Positions 10,301 to 17,984 of a stretch of 64,000 nucleotides of DNA are shown piece by piece; position 1 is the first letter of the stretch; every line of letters begins with the position of its first letter. Under the pieces are notes generated by a model. It worked only from the letters and a program-made list of their open reading frames with translations, made no database searches and was not told the origin of the DNA. The stretch comes from Candidatus Latescibacterota bacterium. GTDB taxonomy: Bacteria > Latescibacterota > UBA2968 > UBA8231. The DNA lies in contig CBDETK010000013.1 of the NCBI GenBank assembly GCA_965242865.1, forward strand, positions 736,001 to 800,000, written 5' to 3'. Position numbers and translations under genes: made by a program.

Positions 10301-13163
10301 TGAGTTGAAGACGCCGACGCCGCAGGGGACGAACCCGTCGCGGACGCTGCACTTCCGCAACAAGCCCAATTACGAGACCCAGGATGACTACCAAGTCAGC
10401 GTACAGGTCTCCGACGGGTCGCTATCGGACAGCCAGTCGGTCGCGGTGTCGGTCACCGATATAAATGACGCCCCGGTGCTGAAGGGTCCGGCGTCGGTGT
10501 CGATAGCCGAAAACAGCCCCCCATCCACGTCATTGGGCACGTACCCCGCCAGTGATGAGGATGGCGACGAACTGACTTGGAACTTGACGGGGACAGATGC
10601 CAATGCGTTTGAGTTGAAGACGCCGACGCCGCAGGGGACGAACCCGTCGCGGACGCTGCACTTGCGTAGCACGCCCAATTACGAGGTCAAGAATAGCTAC
10701 ACCGTCTGGGTGCAGGTCTCCGACGCGGCCCTCTCGGACAGCCTTATGGTGTCGGTGTCGGTCACCAATGCGGACGATGCGGGCAGCGTAACCCTGTCCA
10801 CGACCCAGCCCCAAGTCGGCCAGAAGATCATTGCGACGCTCACAGACGACGATGGGCGGGTCGTGGTGACTCGGTGGGCTTGGGAGCGGTTTCCCGAACC
10901 CTTTGGCGCGACGGGCGCGTCAGGGCTGGCCACGGACGAGTACACGCCGGTGGCCGGGGAGGTCGGCCAGTATGTGCGGGTAACGGCCTATTACAACGAT
11001 GGGCACGGGGAGAACAAGCAGGCGCAGAGCGCACAAACCGCGGCGATTGTGGGGGTGCCGGGGGCCCCGGGTCTGTCGGCGTCGGCCGGCGACGGGCAGG
11101 TGGGGCTTTCTTGGACTGCGCCGACGTCCGATGGGGGGTCGAAGCTTACCGGCTATGCGTATCGCTACAAGACCGCGTCGAGCACGTGGACCCAGGCACA
11201 GGCTTGGCCGACCACGGCGAGTCTGACTGCGACGACGACGAGCCAGACCATCCGCAGTTTGACCAATGGGACGCAGTACACCTTCCAAGTGCGGGCGTAC
11301 AACAAGGTGGGAGCGGGCTCCGTGGCGGCGCAGTCGGCCACGCCCCAGTCGAGCAACCGGCCCCCCTCGGTGTCGTGTACAGTGAACTCGGTGGCCGAAA
11401 ACAGCACCCAATCGGCGGGTTCCTGCACCGCCCGCGATGCGGATGGCGACGACCTGAGTTGGAGCGTGACGGGCACGGATGCCGATTCCTTTCGGTTGAC
11501 AGGGTCGGGTTCGTCGCGGACGCTCCGTTTCCGCAGTGCGCCCAATTACGAGGCCAAGGAGCGCTACCAAGTCAGCGTGCGCGTCTCCGACGGGTCGCTG
11601 TCGGCCAGCCAAGCCCTCACCGTGCCGGTCACCGATGTCAATGAAACCCCGGAGGTGTCGTGTTCGGCGAGTTCGGTGGCCGAGAACACCACCGGCACGG
11701 CGGGTTCCTGCACCGCCCGCGACCCGGAAGGCAACACGCTGAGTTGGAGCGTGACGGGCACGGATGCCGGTTCCTTCCAATTGACAGGTACGGGCACGTC
11801 GCGCACCCTCTACTTGGGGAGTAAAGCTAATTACGAGGCCAAGAGTCGCTATCAGGTCAGTGTGCGCGTCTCCGATGGGTCGCTGTCGGATAGCGAAGCA
11901 CTCACCGTGTCGATTACCAATGCGGAGGAGGCGGGTTCGGTGGCGCTGTCTCCGGCCGTGCCGCGGGTGGGCAGGCTACTGACCGCGACGCTTACCGACC
12001 CTGATGGGGTGACAGGGTCTCCGTTGTGGGCTTGGACGCCCCTCGGCCCATCCGGGGCCGACGACGACGATGCCGCCGAGCCTGCGGCGGTGTCTGGGGC
12101 CAATGGCTCCGCCACGAGCACCTACACCCCCACCACGGCCGGCGTTCGGATGCAGGCGACTGCGTTCTATACCGACGGCCATGGCCCCAACAAACGGGCG
12201 CACGGAACGTCGGGGGCTGCCATCGACAAACCGGGGCCGCCGGGGGCCCTGTCGGCGCGGCCGGGCAACATCTACACGCGCGTAGATTTGAGTTGGACCG
12301 AGGCGGCGGCCAATGGTTCACCGATTACGGACTATCAGTATCGCTATAAGCGGAACGGCACCAGCCGGTGGTCGGGTTGGTCGAGTGCAGGGACGGGAAC
12401 CAGCTACACGGTGTCCGGCCTCACGTCCAATACGGACTACAACTTTGAGGTGCGGGCGGTCAACGCGGTGGGGAGCGGGTCGGCCGCGTCGGCTACGGGT
12501 CGGTCGCGAGCTGAGGACGAGGAAGAAGAAACCGAGGACGAGGAGGAAGAAGAAACCGAGGACGAGGAAGAAACCGAGGACGAGGAAGAAGAAACCGAGG
12601 ACGAAGAAGAAACCGAGGACGAGGAAGAAACCGAGGACGAGGAAGAAACCGAGGACGAGGAAGAAGAAACCGAGGACGAAGAAGAAACCGAGGACGAGGA
12701 AGAAACCGAGGACGAAGAGCCGGCTGTGGAAGGACAGGCCGAAGGCGAACAGACCGAAGGCGAGGGCGAGCAGACCGAAGAAGGCGAAGACGAACAGATG
12801 GCGGAGGCCCCCGCCGAAGACGAACAGACCGAAGGCGAAGAAGAGCAGACCGAAGAAGCCCCCGCGGCCAAGGTCGCTTTGCCCGACGCAACTCTGGCCG
12901 CCCGAGCGGCCCCCAACCCATTTAATCCGACCACAACCCTACACGTCCAGCTACCCGCCAGCGGCCCCGTCCGGCTGACCCTATACAACGTCGCCGGGCA
13001 AGTCGTGCATACCTTGGTGGACACCGCGTTGGAAGCGGGCTATTATACCTTCTACTGGGATGGACGAGACCAACACGGACGCCCCGTAACGTCCGGCGTG
13101 TACCTGTATCGGCTGGTAGCGGGACCGCACGTCGTCGTGGGCAAAATGGCCCTGATCCGCTGA
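4359..13163 (+). CDS. Giant secreted surface protein: glycoside hydrolase-like TIM-barrel head, cadherin-like and fibronectin type III repeats, acidic VNTR, FlgD-Ig/T9SS type A-like CTD
   Basis: Signal peptide MNRAILKTTVLLALLLVGTVHSA (alternative GTG at 4350); GEPFFALGVY / GWNSLDEP / ADIISVDIYP / INGAAGLLWF head; repeated AENS..DPDGD.LTW..GTDA..F..PNYE..Y.V.V.VSD (cadherin) and GQV.L.W..P..L.NGT.Y.F.VRA.N (Fn3) units; terminal PNPFNP CTD. Confidence 0.9.
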   Translation: MNRAILKTTVLLALLLVGTVHSATITTSGRKVLIDGEPFFALGVYYQRVDTYNTSFTSWQTLADHRFNLLNLSDPFPITPIDSQTDPYAFSFRGFITADLPWMQNTHQSPQPPRPPQPPYNNPTNAQAIMQNAAAHGIYVIADQAPFTPDGARALNGTNLRTYGIDAMRNDVINATKRQEFINNLALPSPQGWSHFGIDHDNFFGWNSLDEPVWFWGPYEGTRYKGMPIPYNRNQNVVPMYNNLILDSYKKIKAVDSTHVVFMNFAYAHGSATSNRNTASWNADGELVVGGDNIVDNYVDDLTLYSGAADIISVDIYPIHSYGGQTLGTWPDRYCLFDDRSLSVIGKYQKLLNERVVTDKPVYQVLQAWTGRMRRPLTATEVRFQAYDAIINGAAGLLWFGWHVPEASSGHDDTWERTKVLVRNELSDPILYPVLSADTSPLHSSVSVNTPDIEFLLKEYNGQSYLFAANTSSTTTHSAVIFRGLCSQATSAEVLFESRMVTCRNGEIQDSFDLYQVHVYKLDNWSGTLAQNTTWSGTVRVSGDITVGSGTTLTLEQGTEVRFLANTDDTNGGDDTARSELIVEGTLNANAGTITFRSASASSSNTDWYGIRVVTGGRADVSNATIRDGMHCVQTHQLNSVTLTGLTCGNGASPVRFAENSTDAVATYQVPGASSVMWTLGGADETLFTINATGQLRFATPPNFEMPSGSGANRDNTYEVTVEGYAGEVYTLFPVVVQVLNVEEEGSVSLTGGRPEVGQVVVATLTDPDGVVGVPVWWWERGSSTTDTWTEIALAHAESYKPQRDDIGYQLRATAHYTDRHGSNKSASGATSASVVGRPSAPREFEAVPGAGAGEVVLRWQPPASDGGLPIDVYKVLYFSETQPNTDKAGFSAVSGGSSAQDTTIKGLTNGTRYVFRVVAHNEVGNGDRAEAKATPQVPCQLTGATDPTFAENATGAVGTYTASPGCDSALSWGLAGTDESFFRLAGEGTSRTLEFKDPPPNFEQPADAGKNNTYAVSVSIGDVSVPVIVSVTDANDAGVISLSTTAPRAEESLTATLSDEDGIAEPVHWTPHYESASDGDGVTEPASEATQTWTLTIPSSRVGQSLRLQADYTDSFGAASATSALTSPVRPASNRAPSVSGPASVDIAENSSSPWLLGTYIGRDPDGDDLTWSITGTDASAFELKEPASPGTEPSRELHLASAADYETQDSYDVWVKVSDAALSDSLRVSVSVVNQNEDGSVVLTGGLPPEVGTAVVAGLTDPDGQITGASWQWQRRLGATGAWEAIGSGVSGASSAVSGAASAYPELSSYTPVSGDVGWQLQATVRYRDGHDPNAERTAASAASAAVFGPPAASVTAGWGRIRVEWPAVASATSYDVQGQGKPFDRGPWPAAWSSLATNITALRYAHRGVSPDSLYRYQVRSRTDAAVSEWSDPLPDAAGVQPGVDAPTGFRAAAGAGQVTLRWTGPDHASITQWRYRDVTAEGADTDGDWQDATVSGSASTAWVATVEGLTAGQAYRFQVRAVNGAGGGRPSVVSNTVTPWLARPTGGSVSVQAGPALKVAWSAVASATGYEVEGQSKPYDGGSWPSAWTTQQANGAQPYVHRGVDADRRYRYRVRARVGETVSAWSDTLPGVAGVQPPPGAPTGLTATPGIRQATLTWTGPTHTSIREWQYKRGQILEPITAWGGWLSMGTAAMTRSFIVRHPLVDGGSYRFEVRARNGGGWSATTRTDTVTLPVDTKGSVALSTTTPRVGDDLTATLTDPDNPTDVGFTWSFSLPAGVSGANGADPPPSAVQSEPLRVSTVHLGLQIRARVSYADDYGRQQVQSPKTSAVVGPPWAPRTFTATAGDGQVALAWEVPLKIGGSAITSYQYRYKKTSGSWPESWTNAGTATSATVTDLTNDTPYSFAVRAVNGYGDGTVASASATPQPKNRAPDVSGPASVSVAENSPPSTSLGTYTARDPDGDELTWNLTGTDASTFELKTPTPQGTNPSRTLHFRNKPNYETQDDYQVSVQVSDGSLSDSQSVAVSVTDINDAPVLKGPASVSIAENSPPSTSLGTYPASDEDGDELTWNLTGTDANAFELKTPTPQGTNPSRTLHLRSTPNYEVKNSYTVWVQVSDAALSDSLMVSVSVTNADDAGSVTLSTTQPQVGQKIIATLTDDDGRVVVTRWAWERFPEPFGATGASGLATDEYTPVAGEVGQYVRVTAYYNDGHGENKQAQSAQTAAIVGVPGAPGLSASAGDGQVGLSWTAPTSDGGSKLTGYAYRYKTASSTWTQAQAWPTTASLTATTTSQTIRSLTNGTQYTFQVRAYNKVGAGSVAAQSATPQSSNRPPSVSCTVNSVAENSTQSAGSCTARDADGDDLSWSVTGTDADSFRLTGSGSSRTLRFRSAPNYEAKERYQVSVRVSDGSLSASQALTVPVTDVNETPEVSCSASSVAENTTGTAGSCTARDPEGNTLSWSVTGTDAGSFQLTGTGTSRTLYLGSKANYEAKSRYQVSVRVSDGSLSDSEALTVSITNAEEAGSVALSPAVPRVGRLLTATLTDPDGVTGSPLWAWTPLGPSGADDDDAAEPAAVSGANGSATSTYTPTTAGVRMQATAFYTDGHGPNKRAHGTSGAAIDKPGPPGALSARPGNIYTRVDLSWTEAAANGSPITDYQYRYKRNGTSRWSGWSSAGTGTSYTVSGLTSNTDYNFEVRAVNAVGSGSAASATGRSRAEDEEEETEDEEEEETEDEEETEDEEEETEDEEETEDEEETEDEEETEDEEEETEDEEETEDEEETEDEEPAVEGQAEGEQTEGEGEQTEEGEDEQMAEAPAEDEQTEGEEEQTEEAPAAKVALPDATLAARAAPNPFNPTTTLHVQLPASGPVRLTLYNVAGQVVHTLVDTALEAGYYTFYWDGRDQHGRPVTSGVYLYRLVAGPHVVVGKMALIR
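4684..4714 (-). other. Four adjacent C-runs (C6-C7-C7-C5); potential G-quadruplex on minus strand / slippage tract
   Basis: cccccc ag ccccccc gg ccccccc ag ccccc; encodes SPQPPRPPQPP within an otherwise AT-richer region. Confidence 0.6.
12513..12719 (+). repeat. Coding VNTR, ~11 units of EDEEET/EDEEEET
   Basis: Directly visible 18/21/24-bp units, all multiples of 3. Confidence 0.95.
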
Positions 13164-13190
13164 GGAAAGAGCATGAGGAGGACATACTTA

Positions 13191-13322
13191 ATGCACATAC
13201 GCCACATCGCAACGAATCATACCCTTATGGCAATTGGAAGCCTTGGACTCCAGTGCGCGTTACCTGTGGAGTTCCAACGCGAGATGTACTCCGCGCTGCA
13301 TCCTCGCCCGGAGACGCCGTAA
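13191..13322 (+). CDS. 43-aa small ORF, copy 2
   Basis: Same sequence as 664-795, same RBS and TAATG overlap. Confidence 0.5.
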   Translation: MHIRHIATNHTLMAIGSLGLQCALPVEFQREMYSALHPRPETP

Positions 13323-15283
13323 TGTGCCGGGGCATGGCTCGCCTTGCGGCTTTGGGATGCGCCCTGTGGTTGGGGCCGCCGTGGCTGGCGGCTGACGAAT
13401 GGGTGATCGGGGGGCATGGCTTGCCGTGGGGGGAGCTCGTTCAGGTGCGCGCCCAAATCGACGACCAGAGCAGTCCGGGCGCGATCCAGTTGCGCGGCTT
13501 TACGCCCGACGAGAACATCATCACCTCGCTGGCGTGGGCGTATGGCAAGCCCAACGACTTGGTCAGCGAAGGCCATGCCGCGCTGTGGGACAATACAGCG
13601 GCCAAGAATTCCCGGTCGCTGTCCATCGTCGATGGCGACGACACCACCAGCACCGCCGACCTGTTCAAAACGGCCGGCGTCGATCAAGACGGGCGCACGT
13701 TCTTTTTGGACCTGGGTTCGCGCGTGCCCGCCGACAGCTTGGTGTTCTTTCCGCGGCAAGAGGGGACGTATGCCAATGGCAAGCCCTTTAGCGCCGACTT
13801 TGTCCGCAAGCACCGGATTTCCGTCAGCGACGGGCTGACATATATCAACAAGCAGCCGCTGTTCACCTTGCTGCGCGACATTCCGGTCAACCCCAACAGC
13901 GTGTTCACCATGAAGTTCCCCCAGCAGTTCATTCGCTTTATTCAATTGCGCGTGGGGTCGCGCAGTCCCTTTGAGATCGCCGAATTTGAACTGTACGGCA
14001 ATGGGTTTGTGCCGCGGGCGACGTATCGCAGCCAAGTCATTGACTTGGGCGAGGTGTCCAACTACGGCACCATCTCTTGGGTGCAGCGCACGCTCGCCTT
14101 GGCCGATGGCGCGTTGGTTGCATTGTCCGAGCCGGGGCAGACCTCGGTGGCGGTGCGGATGAAGACCGGGCAAGACGACAGCCCGCGGGTTCACTTTCAG
14201 AAGGTGGTGGACAATGAAACGCGCGCGGTGAGCCAAGAGGTGGTCTCGGAAGCGGATTACAACAAGCTGCCTTCGGGACAGAAGGGCGACATTGAGGACG
14301 ACGCCGACAACTGGAGTCCGTGGTCGCTGCCGCTCGAATCTGGGCAGTTGATTCCGCTACCGAGCCCGCGGCCGTACTTTCAGTTGCAGATCGTCATGGA
14401 GAGCCAATCGGTGACGCAGACGGTGCGCATCGACTCGTTGCGGATTGAGCACTCGCTGCCTCCGGCCGCGGCGGTCGTCGGCGAGATTTCCTTGGCGGCC
14501 GAACCCAACCCACCGGCCGACATCGGCGTCATCGACAAAGACGATACCGTGGTGCTGCCGAGTATTGACGGGGGCGAAGAGGTGCTCTTTGCCTACGACG
14601 TGCGCGCCGTGATCAACGCCAACCAAAACGGCTTTGACGCCTTGCGCATCGACACGCCGACGCCGGTGCGCTTTGTCGGCTTGCAGATGGGCGAGCCGCT
14701 CGCGCCGGTGGAGCCGGATCGCGTGCTCGCAGGCGACCGCAGCCTCGAAGTGGTGTTCACCAGCCACAAGATAACCTTTGCCAACAACGTGCCGCTGCGC
14801 GTGCTCTTTGAGGGGTCGGCCGTGGTGTTCGGCACGATTTTTACCGGCACGGTGTGGGACACGCAGGCCGATATCCTCGGCCAGCCCGTGCTCGAAGGCG
14901 ATGCCAATTTCGACGTCAGCACCAACTCGCTGCGCGTGGCCCTAACCCAGAAGTCCGTGGGCGAAATCGTCCGCGCCATAGCGTTTAGCCCCTCGGTCTT
15001 TACCCCGAATGGCGATGGCGTCAACGACCGCATCGCCATCCAATACACCGTAATCCAGATTTCCGAGCCCAAGCCCATTGCGGTGGCCGTGTACGACTTA
15101 GCCGGGCGGTTGGTGCGCGTCTTGGCCGACCGCGAGCAGACCGGCGGGATTTACACCGAGCGGTGGGATGGGCGCAACGATAGCGGCGAGGCCGTGCCCC
15201 CGGGCACGTACGTGGTCTCGCTCGCCGTGGACAGTGGAATCGGCAACTTCAGGCGGGTCGGCGTCGTGGGCGTGGCCTATTGA
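13322..15283 (+). CDS. Secreted protein with discoidin-like segments and CHU_C / T9SS type B-like CTD
   Basis: Signal peptide after ATG 13322; IDLG, AEFELYGNGF, WSPWS, FDALRI motifs; VFTPNGDGVND...YDLAGRLVR...WDGR...PGTY; ends VGVAY. Confidence 0.8.
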   Translation: MCRGMARLAALGCALWLGPPWLAADEWVIGGHGLPWGELVQVRAQIDDQSSPGAIQLRGFTPDENIITSLAWAYGKPNDLVSEGHAALWDNTAAKNSRSLSIVDGDDTTSTADLFKTAGVDQDGRTFFLDLGSRVPADSLVFFPRQEGTYANGKPFSADFVRKHRISVSDGLTYINKQPLFTLLRDIPVNPNSVFTMKFPQQFIRFIQLRVGSRSPFEIAEFELYGNGFVPRATYRSQVIDLGEVSNYGTISWVQRTLALADGALVALSEPGQTSVAVRMKTGQDDSPRVHFQKVVDNETRAVSQEVVSEADYNKLPSGQKGDIEDDADNWSPWSLPLESGQLIPLPSPRPYFQLQIVMESQSVTQTVRIDSLRIEHSLPPAAAVVGEISLAAEPNPPADIGVIDKDDTVVLPSIDGGEEVLFAYDVRAVINANQNGFDALRIDTPTPVRFVGLQMGEPLAPVEPDRVLAGDRSLEVVFTSHKITFANNVPLRVLFEGSAVVFGTIFTGTVWDTQADILGQPVLEGDANFDVSTNSLRVALTQKSVGEIVRAIAFSPSVFTPNGDGVNDRIAIQYTVIQISEPKPIAVAVYDLAGRLVRVLADREQTGGIYTERWDGRNDSGEAVPPGTYVVSLAVDSGIGNFRRVGVVGVAY

Positions 15284-15324
15284 TGAGCCGACCAACAGAC
15301 AGATTCAACAGGGAGGTTTTTAGC

Positions 15325-17961
15325 GTGAGACACGTTTTCTACTTAGCAGTGGCCGGCGTCGTGCTTTTGGGCGATGCGGCCCTTGCCCAGCGGGTCGGCT
15401 TTCTCACCGGGCGCGAGCCGCGCGGCGTGGATGTCTATGAGATGGCCATGACGCCGGCGCAACGGAAATGGCAGTATCCGCAAAGTCTGTACCAATTTTA
15501 CCGCTGGACCGGCGAGGAATACAGCAACTACGCCCGCGAAAACTACGAGCGGTACGTGGGGACTGAGCTGGAGGGATTTCGCACGTACGATCTGTACGGC
15601 AACTACATCACGCGCGGCTTTGAGGTGTACACTTGGGCGATCGACAGCCCGGTGACCTCCGGCAGCGAGGTGCGCAAAGGGCGCTACTACTCGGGGTGGT
15701 TCAGCGGCCTGATCGTCTCGTCCATGTCCAAGGGGCAGTTCTACTCGTCGATGACCATTGGCGAGGCCCTGCGCACCACCCTGACGCCCCTGACCTTCTC
15801 CAAGCCCACCTTCAACGGGGTGCAGTGGGACTTTGCCGCCGACAAGTACCAGATGACCCTGTTGGCGTCGCGCTTGGCCTCCCCGGGCACGGCCGTGGCC
15901 CTTGAAAACTCGCTCGGCCAGATTTTGGGCGACATGACCAATCTCTTCGGCGCCCACACCAAGGTCCAGCTCGGGGATTTTTCCAAGCTGGGCTTTACCT
16001 ATCTGAACATTGCCAACTTTTCCACCGGTCGTAAGCTGGGCGACAACTCGCTCAAAGGCGTGTTGACCGAGGCCCAAAACGGCGGCAATGTCGAGACGAT
16101 CGTCCTGCGGCTGTCCGACGATTCGCCCGAAGACGGCGTCGGCGGTGCCCAGCTTTTTGCCGAGCGCATCATCATCAATGGGGTCAATCACCCCGAGATC
16201 GTCCCCTCGCCGCGCGGCGGGGTGCGGCGCGCTGGCGTGATCGAGGCCAATGGGGCCGAAACGCTGGAGCTGACCTACAACATCGCCCGCGACTTCCGCC
16301 AGCAGCCCGACGACGAAATCACCACGTTTCAGGAGATCCGCGACATCGAGTTCGAGCTGGTCATTGCCAACGACTACCGCATTGAGAGCACCTCCAACCT
16401 GCAAGTCAACGCCCAAGGCGAGCCGGTGTTTTTGGAGGTCGAGCGCGCCCACGGCAACGTCAGCGACGGGTCCAACCAGCGCTTCATCCGCTTTGAATAC
16501 GGGCTGCCCACCGGCAAGGACATCATTGGCCTCAACTTTGACGTCGACGATGTCAAGGGCTTTAATCTGCGCTCGGAGATCGCCCTCAGCCGGGCGTTTC
16601 GCCGCTTTCCCAACCAGAACTTCCAAGAACACACCCTCACCCAAGACAATGGCTTGGCGTACTACCTCACGGCCTCGCAGGATGCGTATCCGTTCTTTGC
16701 GTACGGAGAGTTTTACCGCCTAGAGCCGGAGTACCAGACCAATGCGTTTATCACGGATGCGCGGGGGTTTATCGACTACGAACACCCCGAGCGCCACACC
16801 TTTGAGCTGGTGGATGACAACGACGATCAAGACCGCTTTCCCGACTGGAAGCGCCTGTGGCAAAACGGCGACAATGCGTTTGGCCAAACGCCCTTTGGCA
16901 CCGGCGGCCAAGCCGACCCGCAAGTCTTTCCCGGGTACGACGAAAACGCGGACTTCATCTCGGACTTCAACCAAAACGACAACGCGCAGCCGGATTTTGC
17001 CGAGCCGTTTTTGCGCTACAACGTCGATCCGCCCGAGTTCCTCTTTGGCGTGGATATGAACAACAACGACGTCATCGACCGCTTTGAGAACGACACCTTT
17101 GCCGACTATCCCTACCGGCACGACCGCGACGGGTACAACGTGTACGGCGGGGCGTACCTGACCGAAGGTATTAAGCTGACGGTCGGGTACTCATCGGCCG
17201 ACGAAATAAGCTCCAAGCGCCGCGCCCAGATGAGCTATGCGGTGCTCACCGGCCAGTGGAAATGGCCGGGCATTGAGGCCCAAGCGTTCCAATACGTCCG
17301 CTCGGTGCGAGACGACATTGAAGACGACGTGATCGAGTGGGTCGATCCCGACGGCTTTCGCGAAAGCCTGGACCCGCTCATCGCCCAAGACACCTTTGTC
17401 TGGACCGGCTACCTGACGTTCGATTACCTGCGCCTCAAAAACCTGAACATCTACAACAAGGTGAAGTACGATTGGTTCCGGCAGCGCGGCGATCAGGGTC
17501 AGCCCGAGTTCGGAAACAAAGACAATCGCCTCTTTTTGGGGGTGATCAACAAGGTGGATTATCCGCTGCCGATTACGGACAACCTGTCGTTCTGGCCGCG
17601 CTACAAGAGCGTCTTCCGCAAGATCAACCCGACCTTTAGCACGGACCTCGACATCACTGAGTGGTCGCAGTTTTACATGCTGACCTCCAAGTACTTCGTC
17701 CTGCCCGGGACCTTTATCGAGTACGGCGTGGAGTTCAACCTCTTCCGCAACCTCGAAGAGCGCCCGGAGATTTTGCCGCCCGGGTACGTGGATGACTTCA
17801 CGGGTTCGGTGCTGGCCTTGCAGCTTTCCAACAAGTCGGCGTACCTCGGCTACGCGCTGACCATGAATACGGGCTTTCGCTGGGAGCGCCGGGCCTTTGC
17901 CGAAGCAACCGAAACCAACTCCCTGCTCTTCATTCGGGTCTTCGTGGGGCTCCAAGAGTAA
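15325..17961 (+). CDS. Large exported hypothetical protein, putative outer-membrane beta-barrel with Ca-binding-like Asp-rich loops
   Basis: GGGAGG RBS then GTG 15325; signal peptide ending ALA-Q; DDNDDQDRFPD, DENADFISD, DMNNNDVID motifs; alternating amphipathic aromatic-rich C-terminal strands. Confidence 0.65.
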   Translation: MRHVFYLAVAGVVLLGDAALAQRVGFLTGREPRGVDVYEMAMTPAQRKWQYPQSLYQFYRWTGEEYSNYARENYERYVGTELEGFRTYDLYGNYITRGFEVYTWAIDSPVTSGSEVRKGRYYSGWFSGLIVSSMSKGQFYSSMTIGEALRTTLTPLTFSKPTFNGVQWDFAADKYQMTLLASRLASPGTAVALENSLGQILGDMTNLFGAHTKVQLGDFSKLGFTYLNIANFSTGRKLGDNSLKGVLTEAQNGGNVETIVLRLSDDSPEDGVGGAQLFAERIIINGVNHPEIVPSPRGGVRRAGVIEANGAETLELTYNIARDFRQQPDDEITTFQEIRDIEFELVIANDYRIESTSNLQVNAQGEPVFLEVERAHGNVSDGSNQRFIRFEYGLPTGKDIIGLNFDVDDVKGFNLRSEIALSRAFRRFPNQNFQEHTLTQDNGLAYYLTASQDAYPFFAYGEFYRLEPEYQTNAFITDARGFIDYEHPERHTFELVDDNDDQDRFPDWKRLWQNGDNAFGQTPFGTGGQADPQVFPGYDENADFISDFNQNDNAQPDFAEPFLRYNVDPPEFLFGVDMNNNDVIDRFENDTFADYPYRHDRDGYNVYGGAYLTEGIKLTVGYSSADEISSKRRAQMSYAVLTGQWKWPGIEAQAFQYVRSVRDDIEDDVIEWVDPDGFRESLDPLIAQDTFVWTGYLTFDYLRLKNLNIYNKVKYDWFRQRGDQGQPEFGNKDNRLFLGVINKVDYPLPITDNLSFWPRYKSVFRKINPTFSTDLDITEWSQFYMLTSKYFVLPGTFIEYGVEFNLFRNLEERPEILPPGYVDDFTGSVLALQLSNKSAYLGYALTMNTGFRWERRAFAEATETNSLLFIRVFVGLQE

Positions 17962-17984
17962 GGATCGGCGGTACGCTAGCGGAG

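Larger units (their letters stand above)
12513..14798 (+). repeat. Segmental duplication, copy 2 (region matching 1-2271)
   Basis: Similarity ends at ...aacgtgccgctgc (14798). Confidence 0.95.

Noticed and set aside
12513-12719. Possible CRISPR array (also 1-139)
   Set aside because: Units are contiguous, in-frame coding repeats with no unique spacers; no cas genes.
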